Shown here: positions 25,317 to 38,179 of the stretch, piece by piece | Numbering within the stretch: the stretch's first letter is position 1 | How the letters are laid out: every line of letters starts with the position of its first letter | DNA from: Psammoneis japonica | Taxonomy: Eukaryota | Assembly: GCA_008632985.1 (NCBI GenBank) | Contig: QPGO01000013.1 | Coordinates: forward strand, 1 to 64,000 | Direction of reading: 5' to 3' | Length of the DNA: 64,000 bases | Translations under genes and position numbers: made by a program | The notes under the pieces: model-generated | Databases searched by the model: none | The model's input: the letters and a program-made list of their open reading frames with translations, nothing else | What the model was told of the DNA's origin: nothing

Positions 25317-28225
25317 TGTGGCAGATTTAAGAGTCATTCATGAAAAAATGAGACTGCAAAAGTGTAAAATGCTGAAGTGAAGTTCTGGAGTGGCGGCTCC
25401 ATGGAATGTTCTTTGTCTTGACTTTCTCCAGAGACTTTTTTCCTGCTCATGCACACAGAACATTCCTGAGGTTGTCCTTGAATGCAGAGCATCTTGAGAC
25501 ATCTGAGGAGTTGTCTTGAGACTTCCAAGGAGGTCTCAAATGATGTCCGAAGGCATCATGGGGGAGAAGTCGAGAGCTCTGAGGCTCGGTCTGCAGGTGA
25601 AGTTCTGGAGTGGCAGTTCCATGGAATGTTCTTTGTCTTGTCTTTTTCCAGAGACTTTTTCCTGCTCATGCACAGAACGTTCCTGAGGTTGTCCTCAAAT
25701 GCAGAGCATCTTGAGACATCTGAGGAGTTGTCTTGAGACTTCCAAGGAGGTCTTGAATGATGTCCGAAGGCACGGGAGAAGTCGAGAGCTCTGATTTGCT
25801 CTTCATTTTCTTGACCATTTTCTTGTGAGATTTGGATTGGTTGAAAGGGAACTTGAGGTTTGGTCGAGAAATGTCTTCTTGATTTACTTGGGCAGTGATG
25901 CACGTTTGCTGTTGCTTTCTGCACGTGTCCGGTTGTTTGCTCAGGAGGAAGACATTGAGCAATTGTTCATGTGGCACGCAGTTGTCTCTTGATGCATGTT
26001 CACGTAGATGTGGATTGGTTTTGTCCACAGTTCTCCATTGTTCTTTATGACATCACGAGGTGTCTGGTCATGAGCACGATGTGACACGTGCCTCCTCCAA
26101 TGAATCGCATCAGGGAGAGAAAGGAACGAGATGCCGTGCATTTGCTGTCTCAAGGCAATTTCCTTTTTGGATGATGACAGTGCCATTGGACTTCATTTCA
26201 TGTGTCTTGCATGAGCCAAGTCAGTGCAAGGCAAGTTTGGATTGACGAGGGTTGTTGTTTTGGAGAGAAACAAGGTCTCCTGCTTTGAAGTCATGGTCGA
26301 GTCACCGAGAGTTTTCACGCACATCATCTGCTTGCACTTGTTGTCGGCAGCAAGCACAAATGGTCTGCCAATGGACGTTGCATTGTGAGGGAAGGATCAT
26401 GTCACATCCAAAAGCAAGTTGACTGGCAGAGGCTTGCATGATGGTGTGTGCCATCGAGTTCATTGCCCAAGTTGCTGGGGCTGTTGTTGCATTCCACAGA
26501 TTCGGTTGATTAAATGCATCAGGATCATCAACTTGTTGGGCTCACATGCAGCTCCATAAAACATTGTGGGTTCATTCAAGCAGTGAGTTCACTTGTGGGT
26601 TTCACACTGCTGCAGCTTTAGATTTAATCCCATGAGAAACCAGTGGTTCTTGAAATTCAATGCCTGTGAATTCTGTGCCGTTGTTGTGCATGCAACAGAC
26701 CGGGCATGGAAATTTGCATGACCATGCTTTGTTGAATGCTCTGGCAGTTTCCAGAGCTGAAACTGTGGAGATCTGCTCCATGCCAAAACAATGAGCAGCC
26801 AGATCTGCCATTGCAAGGGCAGTCAATGTCAAACTTCGTTGGTTGACGCTGGTGCCTGCAGTGAAGGCAATTGGTCCGGAGGTGTCGACTGCCACCTGCA
26901 ACCAGGGGCTGATCTCAAGGGCTTGCACGTCCTTGGGAGGTGTTTTTCCACACACTCTGCAGTTCTCTTTGCACCTTGGACAGGTTTGGCATTGGTCTGT
27001 CTTGGTCTTGACGTCTTGGGTCAAACCTTGCCAGCAGCGGCACTGTCTGAGGGTCTTTTCCATCCGTTGGACACCTGGATGGCGCAAATTGACATGACGC
27101 CAAGTCAACAGAGGTGCTTGCAGAGCTGCAGGGATGACAATCTTGTCCTTAAAAAGGACTAGAAGCAGGTGTCCATCCTGCACCATGCAACTGCAATCAG
27201 ACAATTCTTTCTAACTCGGGTCGGTTTGAGTGAGTTGCAATGCTTTTTTGCACATGGCATCATCTTGCTGTGCTTCAATGATCACATCAAGTGAAATGGG
27301 TGAGCGAGTGTTGTTGTCACATTCAAAGGCAAAACACTCTTCCAGTGTTGGATCTGCAGCTGGCATCTCTGGGTCACTGGTTGTGTCGTGGCTTGGGATG
27401 AGCAATCCGCAAGCACATTTTTTGCTCCCGGCAAGCAAAGAATCCTGGGACCAAATTCCTCAACAATCAGCCACCAACGATGTGCGCAATCTGACTTGAA
27501 ATTTGCAAAGGTCAGATTCTTGTGATCCACACAAATCATGATCCCATGACCCAACAGGACATCATGATGCTCTCGTAGGATCATGACGATCAACAGCAAT
27601 TCTTGTTTGACAACTGGATGTCTTTTTTGCATGTTGGAGAGTTTGATGGAGTGAAATGCCATCGGGAGCTTGTCTTGAATGACAGCACTGCCCAGCTGGC
27701 ATTCTGAAGCATTGGTGCAGATGCAGATCATCTTGTTGAAATCAGGGTGGGCAAGAAGCGTTGCAGTGGAGATCCGTCTCTTGATTTCTTGAAACGCTTG
27801 CTCGTGCTTGGGTTTCCATTCAAACTTGACTGCTTTCGAGGTCACACTCAAAAGAGGTGCCAACAGATGGGCACAAAGTCACCACATCTTGCGACAGCAG
27901 TTTGTCATTCCAACAAAACCTCTGAGTTCTTTCTTTGTTTTGGGTGAAACCAAATTCATGATCACATTGACTTTTTTTGGCTGTGGTTTGATTCCGTTTC
28001 CAGCAATGACAAATCCTAGACACTCCGTTTCGAGAGCACAAAAGAACGTTTTTCACAAATTTGCTCTAAAGCCTGCATCATTCAAAAGCACAAACACTTC
28101 ATGCAATTGGGCGAGGTGATCATCAAAGGATCCCTTGCCAACAATCAACAGATCATCAACAAAAATAAGGACAAACTCCAAGTGTCCAAGCAAGTCAGTC
28201 ATGACTTTTGGAACAAGGGTGAAAT
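25317..28225 (-). mobile_element. Ty3/Gypsy LTR retrotransposon remnant (RT C-term, RNase H, integrase, probable 3' LTR about 25317-26086)
   Basis: RT IFVDDLL...ETECLG; RH LAHPDFNK, NASECQLG, QELL, DHKNL; integrase HxxLxHPG...CQTC, PWLQVAVD, NGTEF; end ETANARHLVPF* near 26110. A purine tract (GGAGGAGG) precedes TGTCACA at 26086. LTR limits are tentative and the element is 5'-truncated. Confidence 0.85.
25377..25794. repeat. Tandem duplication, period about 220 bp, inside the putative Gypsy LTR
   Basis: GTGAAGTTCTGGAGTGGC...GAGAAGTCGAGAGCTCTGA occurs at 25377-25582 and 25597-25794. Confidence 0.9.
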
Positions 28226-28499
28226 AATTTCTCTAAAGTGAAAAACCTGACTCCATTTGCTTCCAATCAACATGCCAAAGAAAAAAGCAATGAACTCCAA
28301 TGCCAGCAATGGCCAGCGCACATACCACAGGGATTGACCCTCAAACCTTTACACTCAAGCCTCTGCCACCATATTCCAAAACTTGAAGATAGCTGTGTAG
28401 AGCCGATGAAATTCTGCACGAAAGTCAAAAAAACTACCATACAAAATGCCCGTAGAATCAGTGTTATCACCGTCCGACGTGAAGACTATTTTTTTAAAT

Positions 28500-30219
28500 C
28501 TATTGGTCGAATTGGAATCCTGCCGCAGCTGAAGAACGGACCGTGGATACCGTCGTAGTAACAATGTTCACCTTGCTGGATTTGCACGCAATCGAGATGA
28601 GTTTTGATTTGGATCGTGTACCACGAGCGGCTTTCAACTGCCGTGTGAAGTGAACGGTCATGTTCGGAGATATACCGTCCATGGACACAATGTACACATG
28701 GACTCTCTGAAATTGGACCGTTTCGTAGACGACAGTGCAAAACTTGTCCCAGAAGGAATGGTCATTGAAGTTGTGCCTGTCGCTTTTGGTGTATTGAAGC
28801 GCATAAAGCACGCCTCCCAGTACAACGGCAGCATCAATGTTCCCAAAATTTGGAATACTCGGGATCCAATACACGCTCTCACTTGTCAGCTCCATGACGC
28901 CTTCTCTACCAGTTCCGGTCGATTGGTGAACACTCACTACACCATGCGGAAGGGTATCCTTGAACCACTGATGAAGGAGCTCTTCAAAATATATACCAAC
29001 AACAGAACCGCTCGCGATTACCTTCCCCTTGACCAATGCACTATGGTATGATTCCATAGTTTGACGATCGCGAAGGAGTCTTGCAACAAACGGCGAATCA
29101 ATAATTTGGATAGGCGCTTCTGGCAAACGATCGGATTCGCTCTCACCATTGAACATCATACGTAGTCTGTCGGGGTTTTTTGAATCGTCATCATTTGGCC
29201 GGGACGTGGTGGTCAAGAGCAAGTCAATCTGGTTTTTTGAAACACGATTCACAAGTTGGAAGTGACTTGAGTGCAACGCGCTTTTGCGTCCTTAAAGCCT
29301 CGTCTCCGTACAAATATTCGTTGATGTCGCGGATGCATCCACTAAATACTCTATACGCTTCAAGGCATTCACTTTCGCGATTAAGGAATTTTCCGTATGC
29401 CACCACGGTATCCTCTATCCACCCATCGAGGATCCAGAGATAAAGATCGTTTTGCGCATTCTTGGGTAAAGGGTGCCCGCCGGACGTACAAAAGTAGTGA
29501 TAGTATGCATTCAAAACTTTGCTGTCGTCGTGTCGTGGACCGTCCAAGAAAGACGTATACTGCATCAGTTGCGTCCACCCAAAGCATTTCGCCACCCCCT
29601 TTATGGTTGATGGGATGCTAACAAATTGCTCTTTGTCAAGGGTCCGGCAGGAGAATATTCTCAAACTGCCACCCGTTGTGCGGAACATGACGAAAGCAGA
29701 AACATCTGGCTCTTCCCTTGTTTGGCGGACGTACACAACCGGTACATCCATCTGGACTGAAGCCTTATACATGGCTGCAATGAAAAAGAAGACTGACTTC
29801 CCAACTCCGGGTGAGCCGAGCAACACTCGATTAGAACCGTAAGAGACCCTGTCTTGCTGAAATCGCTTCCACATGGTCTTCATGCAGTCGCGAATAAATA
29901 TGCGATCCGGAAAGAACTTCTCAATGAATGGATGCTTCCCTCTGAAACAACAAAATACATCTTTTAGATCAACCATTTCGTTCGGCCGAGACAAGTAGAA
30001 CGCTTCGAAAAGCGGTTTCAGGAGAGTGTCGTAGGGGAGTTGGTGTGATTCGAAACTTTGGCCGCCCAGAATGCTTTCTTGCTCCGATTCTGGTTTTGGG
30101 TGGCATGGATGGGGCGGGGGTGGCCATCCTTTCTCCTCACGGTTCACTTCTTCAGTATCCATAGCGTTTGAGTTGGTGGAAGACATCATCTCGTTGTTGG
30201 TGGTGTTGCTGCTGCTCAT
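28500..30219 (-). CDS. Crinkler (CRN)-like P-loop NTPase + PD-(D/E)XK-type nuclease protein, with one frameshift near 29255
   Basis: Walker A-like VLLGSPGVGKSVFFF preceded by IFIRDCM; LDGP and CTSGG. C-terminal YFEELLH...YWIPSIPNFGNIDAAV...ALQYT..H resembles CRN restriction-endonuclease-like modules. Tyr codons and TA frequency are normal. Confidence 0.65.
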
Positions 30220-30249
30220 CGTCCACTGATGGTATATTAGTAACCCGCA

Positions 30250-31850
30250 CCTGTGCCATCCCATCACTCCTGCACCTTCTAGAGTCCGACGTCTGCTTCA
30301 ACTTCAACCCAGACAACCCACAACCCCTCACTTCCTGGACTTCACCTTTCCAACAAGAGGTCCAATGCCACTGCAACGCCTGCCTGCAACATCTTACAAC
30401 AGCGCAACCACTGCCACTGCCATCACACGCCGCGCTCCTCGCCCACCTCCCCGCATCCTCCGGCGGCGTCGGCTGCCGATCCACATCCACCTCCGCCATG
30501 CCCTTTCTCGTCTCTTAACTCGCTCGCTCCTTTTGATGTACAACACATGGACCAACCACAGGCCATGACAACCCCCTCAAGCTCCCACCTTTCTGCGCTT
30601 GCTCCCTCCGCACCTGGGCCACCTCCCGCCGCCCCTTGTGCCTGTGTCAGGTCTTTCAGCACTGTGGCAAAGCTGCCACACACACACTTGACCCTCCCCC
30701 ACCTTCCCCAAAAGCCTTTGTCAAAATGCACCCACTGTGCAACCTTTCCCACACCCTCCATCATGCACACTTTGAACGCATGCTCAAAGACCTCCGCCTG
30801 CATGGACCATCGCACGTCACCCATGCGCTCCCGTCCCTTCTCTCTCCACTCACAAGTCTCACACTCCACTCCCTTGCTCACTCGCCACCTCGACAATGCC
30901 TGAACCCTGAACAGTTCCATCTGATGCTACAACACAAATTGCAGCTCCCCATCTCACCCCACCAACTCGAATCTACCTCTTGCCCCTCTTGCTCCGGCAC
31001 CATTGACCCATGCGGTGACCATGCCTTCTGTTGTCGATCCCTCGGACACAAAACAACCATGTCCAACGCCATCCGCGATGGCCTCTACGCTGCTTTCCAA
31101 ACACTTGCCCCACTCTCCAGCATCTGTGCCAACTCTTCCACCGTGCACCACGAACCAACCAACCCAATGCCTCATTCACCCCTCAAATGCCCTGCTGATG
31201 CAGGCATCCAACTTGCCCCAGCCGCCTCTGCTGCCTCCCCTCTCGGCCGCCGACACCTCGCCATTGACATTGCTGTCCCCAAACCTCCCCCATGCAAGCA
31301 CAAAACGGAAGTTCAATGGAACCCACGAGACCCAACACGAAGCAACCCTTACATCCGCCCTTGACAATGCCAGCATCTGCCTCATTCCCTTTGCCATTGA
31401 CCATCTGGGAGCCCCAGGCTACTTCGCCCACCGCCTTCTTTTTGGTGCCAACCAAGACCTCCCCATCCCTGCTCCACCTGCCCCACCTTGGAACACCGAA
31501 ACCTGTTTTCAACACCCAGCTGCCCATGCCACATGTGCCTGCGCCCAACAATCCCTGTCTGCTGTCCTCCCTGCCACCACTGCCACCTGGCAAACCATCT
31601 CTGCCAAATGCTTTGGCCCAACCCACCACTCCTCAACACCGTCACAATGGGGTCTACAAAGCCTGAGCCTTGCGATTGCCAAATCACTTGCTGACCAACT
31701 GACCCACTGCTCCACCAAACTACAATCGCAAACATCAAACCCCAACTCGAAATCCATCCCTTTTCCCACCTGCATGACTCAGTTCCGCCATTGCCCCACA
31801 TCTGTCCCTCCCCCATGCCACTGGGTGACGTTGCACATGAACTTCTCACG
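30250..31850 (+). mobile_element. 5'-truncated non-LTR retrotransposon with C-terminal Zn-knuckle and restriction-like endonuclease (CRE-clade-like)
   Basis: KLQLPI...CPSC...DPCGDHAFCC...KTTMSNAIRD...EP...PAD...LAIDIAV and LIPFAIDHLG match the CCHC + RLE layout of early-branching non-LTR elements. The + strand is C-rich and TA-depleted. Confidence 0.65.
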
Positions 31851-31906
31851 TGCGCGTGCTGCCAGGTGGTTTCCCCAACCAACAAACTGCCGCACCAGCG
31901 GCCTCA

Positions 31907-34128
31907 CCCCTGTGGTGCCGGCAGCGGGCGGGAGCTGTGTGTGTGTGTTCGTGGTTGTGCATTGAGTTTCAATGTCAATGTCCACATGCATGTGCACATT
32001 CCACAAGCAAAAATTCCCACTCCACAGCTCCCCCAAAACTCTGACCACCAAAAACCGGGGGTGTGGAAACGCGCTTTTTGGAAGACAGTGCACACACCAC
32101 AACATCACGCGTTTCGACAACTCGGCCATGACAACCTCCCGTTCTTTGTCCCCTGCACCACCTGACACACACCCGCCTGCCATTTCTGAGAAGGCGGTCT
32201 CTCCTGTGTTGGCCGGCACCGTCAAACCCGCTGTTGTAACCCAAACACAGCAGATTTGCAATCCTGAAGTTTGGGCCCATTTTTGTCAGATCCAAAATTG
32301 ACCATGGACGACATTGCAGCCATTTGTCATTGAGTGCTGCAATCAAGCACAATGCAACAACAAGGCAAAACAATCCCACTCATGCTCTGACAACTGCTGT
32401 GGATGCAAGCAGGCCTGGTGGTGGCAGAGTGAGGCGATTTTGCTTGGAACAACAAAGGTGTGGGATCAACGAGCACTGATGCACTGGTCAATGCTCCTTG
32501 CATGGGTGTGGGCATGGCAGAGGAGCATCTATGATGGGAGGCATGGTGATGACTTTTCTCAGGATGGTCATTCCCAAGCAGAACCTCCTCTGTCTGGAGG
32601 TGATTGAGACTCACCCAGAGCCCAGCGGAACCAATTGGAGCCAACAACAGGTGTGTCTAGATGAACTGCAGCAACATGTGAAGGAGGATGCAGCCAATTG
32701 AGTGCAGGCAGAGAAGGCGCCGGTGTGCAAAGCAGCAGCACAGCTGTCTACATGGCACTGGTTTTGAAGGCAGTCTGACAGTGACAAACACAGTGAGCAT
32801 TTGCCAAAAGCACGTTGCTGCCTGTCTCTGTTTTGGCAACTTACAAAAACAGCATGTTGCACATCATGCACAAAATTCAAACGGTGTCTTATGGAATTGC
32901 ACACAATGACCTGGTCCTGGAAAATGGAGCAGTGTCCAAGTCACATGCACGACTTGAAACCTTGCCAAGTTGCCTGCAAACAAACACCAAGTCGTGAACC
33001 TCTCCAACTTGAAACTAAAAAACTGCAAAAGCATGCCTGCCATCCAATTGTTGTCAGGTTTCTAATTTACAGAGAGCTGCACAATTTGTCTGTGCATTCT
33101 AAAGATTAGACCACACTCGAGAGCCAACCAAGAGGCACTGTTCACGTCCATTGATGTCACAGGCCAGCAAAGGGCAGGCAAAGAGCCCACTGAACACTTG
33201 TGCAACACAGGTGTTGATGCTTGCAATGTCTGAAAAATTGATCACCATGTCTTTGCCCAATGGGCTGCAAGTGCTTCAGAAGTTTCCTTGAACCGAAACC
33301 AGAAAACCATGAACAAACACAGAAAGCATGAGAGCCATGACACCAACACTCGTCCATCAGAAGGCCGTGGTTGCATGGGTTTCCTGGTCCGCTGTCATCC
33401 ATTGTGCTCCTTCCAAAGCAAAAACAACAACAGCATCAACAGCACCTGCAGCAGCAAGGGTGGGATCAACAGCGTCGGGCATGCCAGGGGGGTAAAACGC
33501 AGGTGCGGCATTGGAATTTGGGAGGTGGTGGGGCGAGAATGAAAGAAGTGTGAGTCATTGGCATTTCATTGTGGACGATGTTGGCAAAAGCCAATGACAG
33601 TGTCAACAGCACCTGCGGCAGCAAGGGCAGGCAGGAGCAACAGTGTCAGGCATGCCAGGGGCCTGAAATGCAGGCACGGCATTGGAATTCATGACAGCAT
33701 CTGTGGGAGGCAGTGGAGTGTGCAAACAACAGTGTGAGTTTGCAGCATCTTATTTTGCATGCATCACACCCATGAGAGCCGGAACAATGACATTGCCTGT
33801 TGCATCAGTGTTGTCATCAATGGCGTCAGTGGGATTGGAATGCTGGGAAGTTGATGGGGACAAACCAAGAGGCATCGTCATGGTCGAGTCGTCAAAACAT
33901 GTGTTTTTTGTGCAAAGAAAAGAGCTGCCAAAAGTGCGTTTTCACACCCCCGGTTTTTGGTGGTCAGAGTTTTAGGGGAGAATGTGGTTCAGGATTTTTC
34001 CTGTCACTGCAAGCATTTGTGTGCAAATGCATGAATGAATGTGAGGACATTTGTGTGAAAATGCAATGAGTGAGATGCAAATCTGCCATGCAACCATGAC
34101 ATCACCACATTCTCCCCCACCACAGGGG
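31907..34128. mobile_element. TIR DNA transposon derivative (about 2.2 kb), probably non-autonomous
   Basis: Terminal CCCCTGTGGTG / CACCACAGGGG. An inverted subterminal block of about 110 bp (AAAACTCTGACCACCAAAAACCGGGGGTGTG) at about 32020-32130 versus 33878-33988. No intact transposase recognised. Confidence 0.7.
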
Positions 34129-37100
34129 TGTCACAGATGAGGCATGAACCACCGATTTGTTCTCAACATTTTCGTCATCCATGACATTTCATTGTCCTGT
34201 TTTAAGTTCTCATCTGGATTTGATGAACAGCTGTGCTGTGTTGATGATGCACCTTCTCAAAAAAATGTTGTGGCGAACAACAATGAAAACTGGGGCCCTG
34301 CCACTGCACACCAATGCAGTGATCTGTTCGCGTGACTAAAGCAATCTTGTCAAGAAAGTCACACATGATTGACCAGTTTCATCAATGTTCCCATCTTTGT
34401 GTTCCATTTGTCATTGCTTGACCCCAATCACTCTGCAACAAACAATTGTTTGCCGTTCACGTAAACACTTTAATTCTTTTTTTACAATGATGACCCAAAC
34501 AGTTTTGATGACTGTGTCATTTCCAAACCAGATGTTGGGTGCAAAATGATTCAATTAAATTCTGTTTTTCTAACCATCATACATGTGAACAACATAAAAC
34601 GGCAACTGTGCCTCTTCACGAAGTGCCGGCACAATTTTTCGCATGGCAAACTGCTCTGAACTGCGCGGAATCAGCTGACACAGTCGAACAATGCGAGCCT
34701 GAAGCCATCTGCCCTCCCAAGCCAGGGCGCCCATGCATTTGTAAAGAGAGAGACCGGACACGCGAGACTTCCAGACTCCTCATTTTTCCAAGGGATCGCG
34801 CATCATTCATCAAAGCACCACACACCATGACAATCGGAGCGGCTCATTGGACCATTGACAATCCTTTCAACAATGCCAACATGCTGTCTGCCAGTCTTTG
34901 CCTTCACATGGAAACAGCTTGTGTTGCTTTTTCAAAGACAAGCAACCAATTGTAAGGTGAAAAAGGGATTTTGCATTGACACCACGATTCAAGACTCATT
35001 GTCGCTCTCTGTCACAATCAAGCTGCTCTGCACTTTTGTTTTGGAATCTCGCTCATTTTCTTTGACATGTTTGTCTTCATGGCTCATGTGGAGAAGCTCT
35101 TGAGCAACACATCACCCCTGCAGATGAACAATGGCTCACAGTTTCGTGTCGGTGTTGACACCATTTTTTCTTTCAACTCAATGTTCTTCCACACATTGGA
35201 GCGGGGCGCTGTGGTGTGTCCTGCACTCCCTTTTGGACCAAACCCAGCAACCTGCAGTTGACACTGTCACAAAGAATGACAATTGCAGTGTGCAACGGGA
35301 GGGCATTGATGTCCATGACGTTGCCAAGTGCTGGTTGGTGGCACTCCCTCGTTCGGGGACCAAAAACTGGGGTGAGTTGTAAATCTTGGTGGCGCGTGGA
35401 GACTCTGCAATTGGAGTGCGAGTGAACAGGCTCAAGCCTTGTGCAAATGACTCCCAAGGCTGTGCACCAAAGCAAGGCATGTTTGCATTTAAAGCAGCAT
35501 TGATGCATCATGCACACAGTGCTGGCATGAGGATTTTTACAATTTGACCATGTCATTCTCCGTCTCTGTCTTTTTTGTCCAGGTGGTGAGAGGGGCAATG
35601 CACGACATTTTGGTGCTTCTCTCAGGCTTCAAGCAATGGACAATGCTTTTGACGAGATGCTTGCATCATGCGTTTTGCATCATGTGCATCCTTGCCAGCG
35701 GGCGACCCCAAACTGGAGCATTGGCGTGAATCAGCACTTGTCAAAACCCATGACAATTTGGCGGACTGCAGCAGCGTGCATCATCACTCGTCGTTGCAAC
35801 AATCAATCAGCCATTGGGTTGATTGGCAATCTGCGGCAGACCCTCCATTTGAAGTTCCATTTCTTCCGTCTGCCATCCACCATCACATTTCGTGCCATCT
35901 GTTGTCCCCCCTCCATCGCGTTTCATGCCGTCTGTTTCCCCCCCCCCTCCATCACATTTTGTCTTTGAGGTGTCTGGGACATTTGTGCATGATTGTTCAC
36001 AAATGACAAGTTCATCCCGTCAGAAGCCCTGCACAGACTGCCGCAAATCGCAGCACAAATTTTAACAGTGTTTGTGCCATGCATGGCAACAGGCTTGCAC
36101 ATAGATTTGCATGCACCGGAGCTTGTGCATCCTGACAGACTGTCCTTGGGTGGACAAGACACCAGTGCTCGTGTTGGAGAATCAAAAGCCATGCAGTGCG
36201 GCAGAGCCGTCTGGGGGGCATCTTTGGAAGTGAGGCTGTCGAAGAAATTTGCGTGGAATTTGCACTGAGACAGTCTGTCAATCAGTGCAATTGGGGCATT
36301 TGGGAATGCTGGACAGATCCCATGTGTTTTCTTGTGCATGCAAATTGCACTGGAAATGCTCCCAAATGCACTGGCGATCAGACCGCATTTGTCAATCTCA
36401 CTTCCAAAGATGCCCCCCACGTTGGCGCAGCGGCAGATGCACTCTACATTGCCACCCAAATGGAAGCCCGCTTCGGACAAGGCATCTTTCTCCATCTCAA
36501 CTGTGAGCAAAGATCCCACTTCTTCCACGTACGATGAAGAAGTCACCAAATGCAAGCACGAGATGAAAGGGTTTTTGGAGGCAGACGAACCAGAGGAGGC
36601 CAAGCAGAAGAGAAGAAACGGCGCAACCGGGAGATCGTCTTGAATGAGAATCACATGAAACTTTGGGCAGCAGTCAAAGCCAGTGGCAAATGGGAGGATG
36701 ACCTCGAAAGCGTGCATGGCCTCTCTGACTTGGAAGCCTCTGTTTGTGTTGGCCTCGTGGCCAAGCATGACAAACACCACTCCTTCCCAGACTCGGATCC
36801 TGATGGCAAGAACCAAAAGCACCTTGATCTCGCCCGTGAGGGATGGTCTCTCATGCAAGAATTGAAATCTCTCATTGCAAAACATCCACAAGAAAATTGT
36901 GATCAGCACCGTCTCAATGGGGTTTGGCACCTGCACCTCGGTCCCACCTTGAAAGAGCTGGAGGGAAAAAACAAAAGCGAGCACGCGAAAGCGGACGTTG
37001 CGAAAGTCACTGTGGAAAGACAGGTTTGGGAAAATCACATTGAAAGTTTGTGCTAGAATGTCATTGAAAAAAAGCACTGGCAGCAGCTGTGGCACCAGTG

Positions 37101-37223
37101 CAGGTGCTCAACAGGAATCATTCGAAAATGTCGCGTGGGTCACAACCAATCTTTTGCATGAGGAAAAACACAAAATCGTGCAGAAATGTGCACAATGTCA
37201 CACGAGAGAGTGATTTGAGCCAA

Positions 37224-37336
37224 CAACTTTTCGGGAACTGAGCTGAAATGCCATCTGATTGACGGTGTTGGCCTTCACTGTGTGAATCAAAATGCCGTCA
37301 ATCAGATGGCATTTCAATTGATTTCCCGAGAAGTTG
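37224..37336. repeat. Long hairpin / palindrome (MITE-like or element terminus)
   Basis: Perfect 22-bp arms TGAAATGCCATCTGATTGACGG (37244-37265) / CCGTCAATCAGATGGCATTTCA (37295-37316), extended imperfectly to about 42 bp. Confidence 0.85.
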
Positions 37337-38179
37337 AAATTGCACACGGATGGATGGACAGACTGACAACAATTGTTTTTAGCACTCTTCCATCCTGCAC
37401 AATTTCCACGTGATGACTCTCAGGACCCGAATGATTCCCATTGGCATGACACCATTCTTGAGCATGGCTGGTTTCAGGCGTCGGAGGGGAAGCTGAAGGT
37501 TTCGAAAACTTCTGGAGTCAATGCAATGGTGCCAACCATCCTTGCCATCTACAAAACTCACCACATGAAGTTGCTTCACTGAAAGGAAGTGACCTGATCA
37601 GCAATGTGCATTTGGACTCAATCATTTGACGTGGATGTCAAGTTCATTGTCACAATCAAATGCTGTCACACCATGCTCAGCCAGAACTTCCTTGGCAGTC
37701 AGTCTCATTCGATCGACGAGTGCTTGTTCCTGTTGGCATTCGCGGTCGCCTCGCAATGTCAAGCTCAGAGCTGCAGTGCATGGTGAGACCAAAAAAAAGA
37801 AAGCCCATTCACATGCCATGTTGCAAAAATGAGGGCCGCAGAACCGTTGCAGTCACCGCCGCATGTTGCGCTCTTCATTGCGCGATTGCCATGGACCTGA
37901 AATGTGTCTTGGTCTCCAAACGCAGGCACTGAGAGGTCTCCAGCTGTGCCATGGCCGCTGCTGTGAGAATTTGACTGTTTCAGCCCCTTGTCCTTGCTGC
38001 AGGCACTGGGGGATCAAACATGACTGCTGCTGCCAACAATGATCAATCCCCAGAAAAAATCTTCTGCACTGAATGTCCAATCAAGACAAAGAGAGCCATC
38101 TGGCAACAGCATTGAAAACTCTGCTTGAAATTGGAACTGTTTGGATGACTTGGGCACTGCTGCAAAAACAAGAAGATTG

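Noticed and set aside
35923..37095. 390-aa minus-strand ORF and the many other Cys/His-rich ORFs in repeats as real genes
   Set aside because: No recognisable domains. They are explained by loss of TAA/TAG stops and overlap in several frames.
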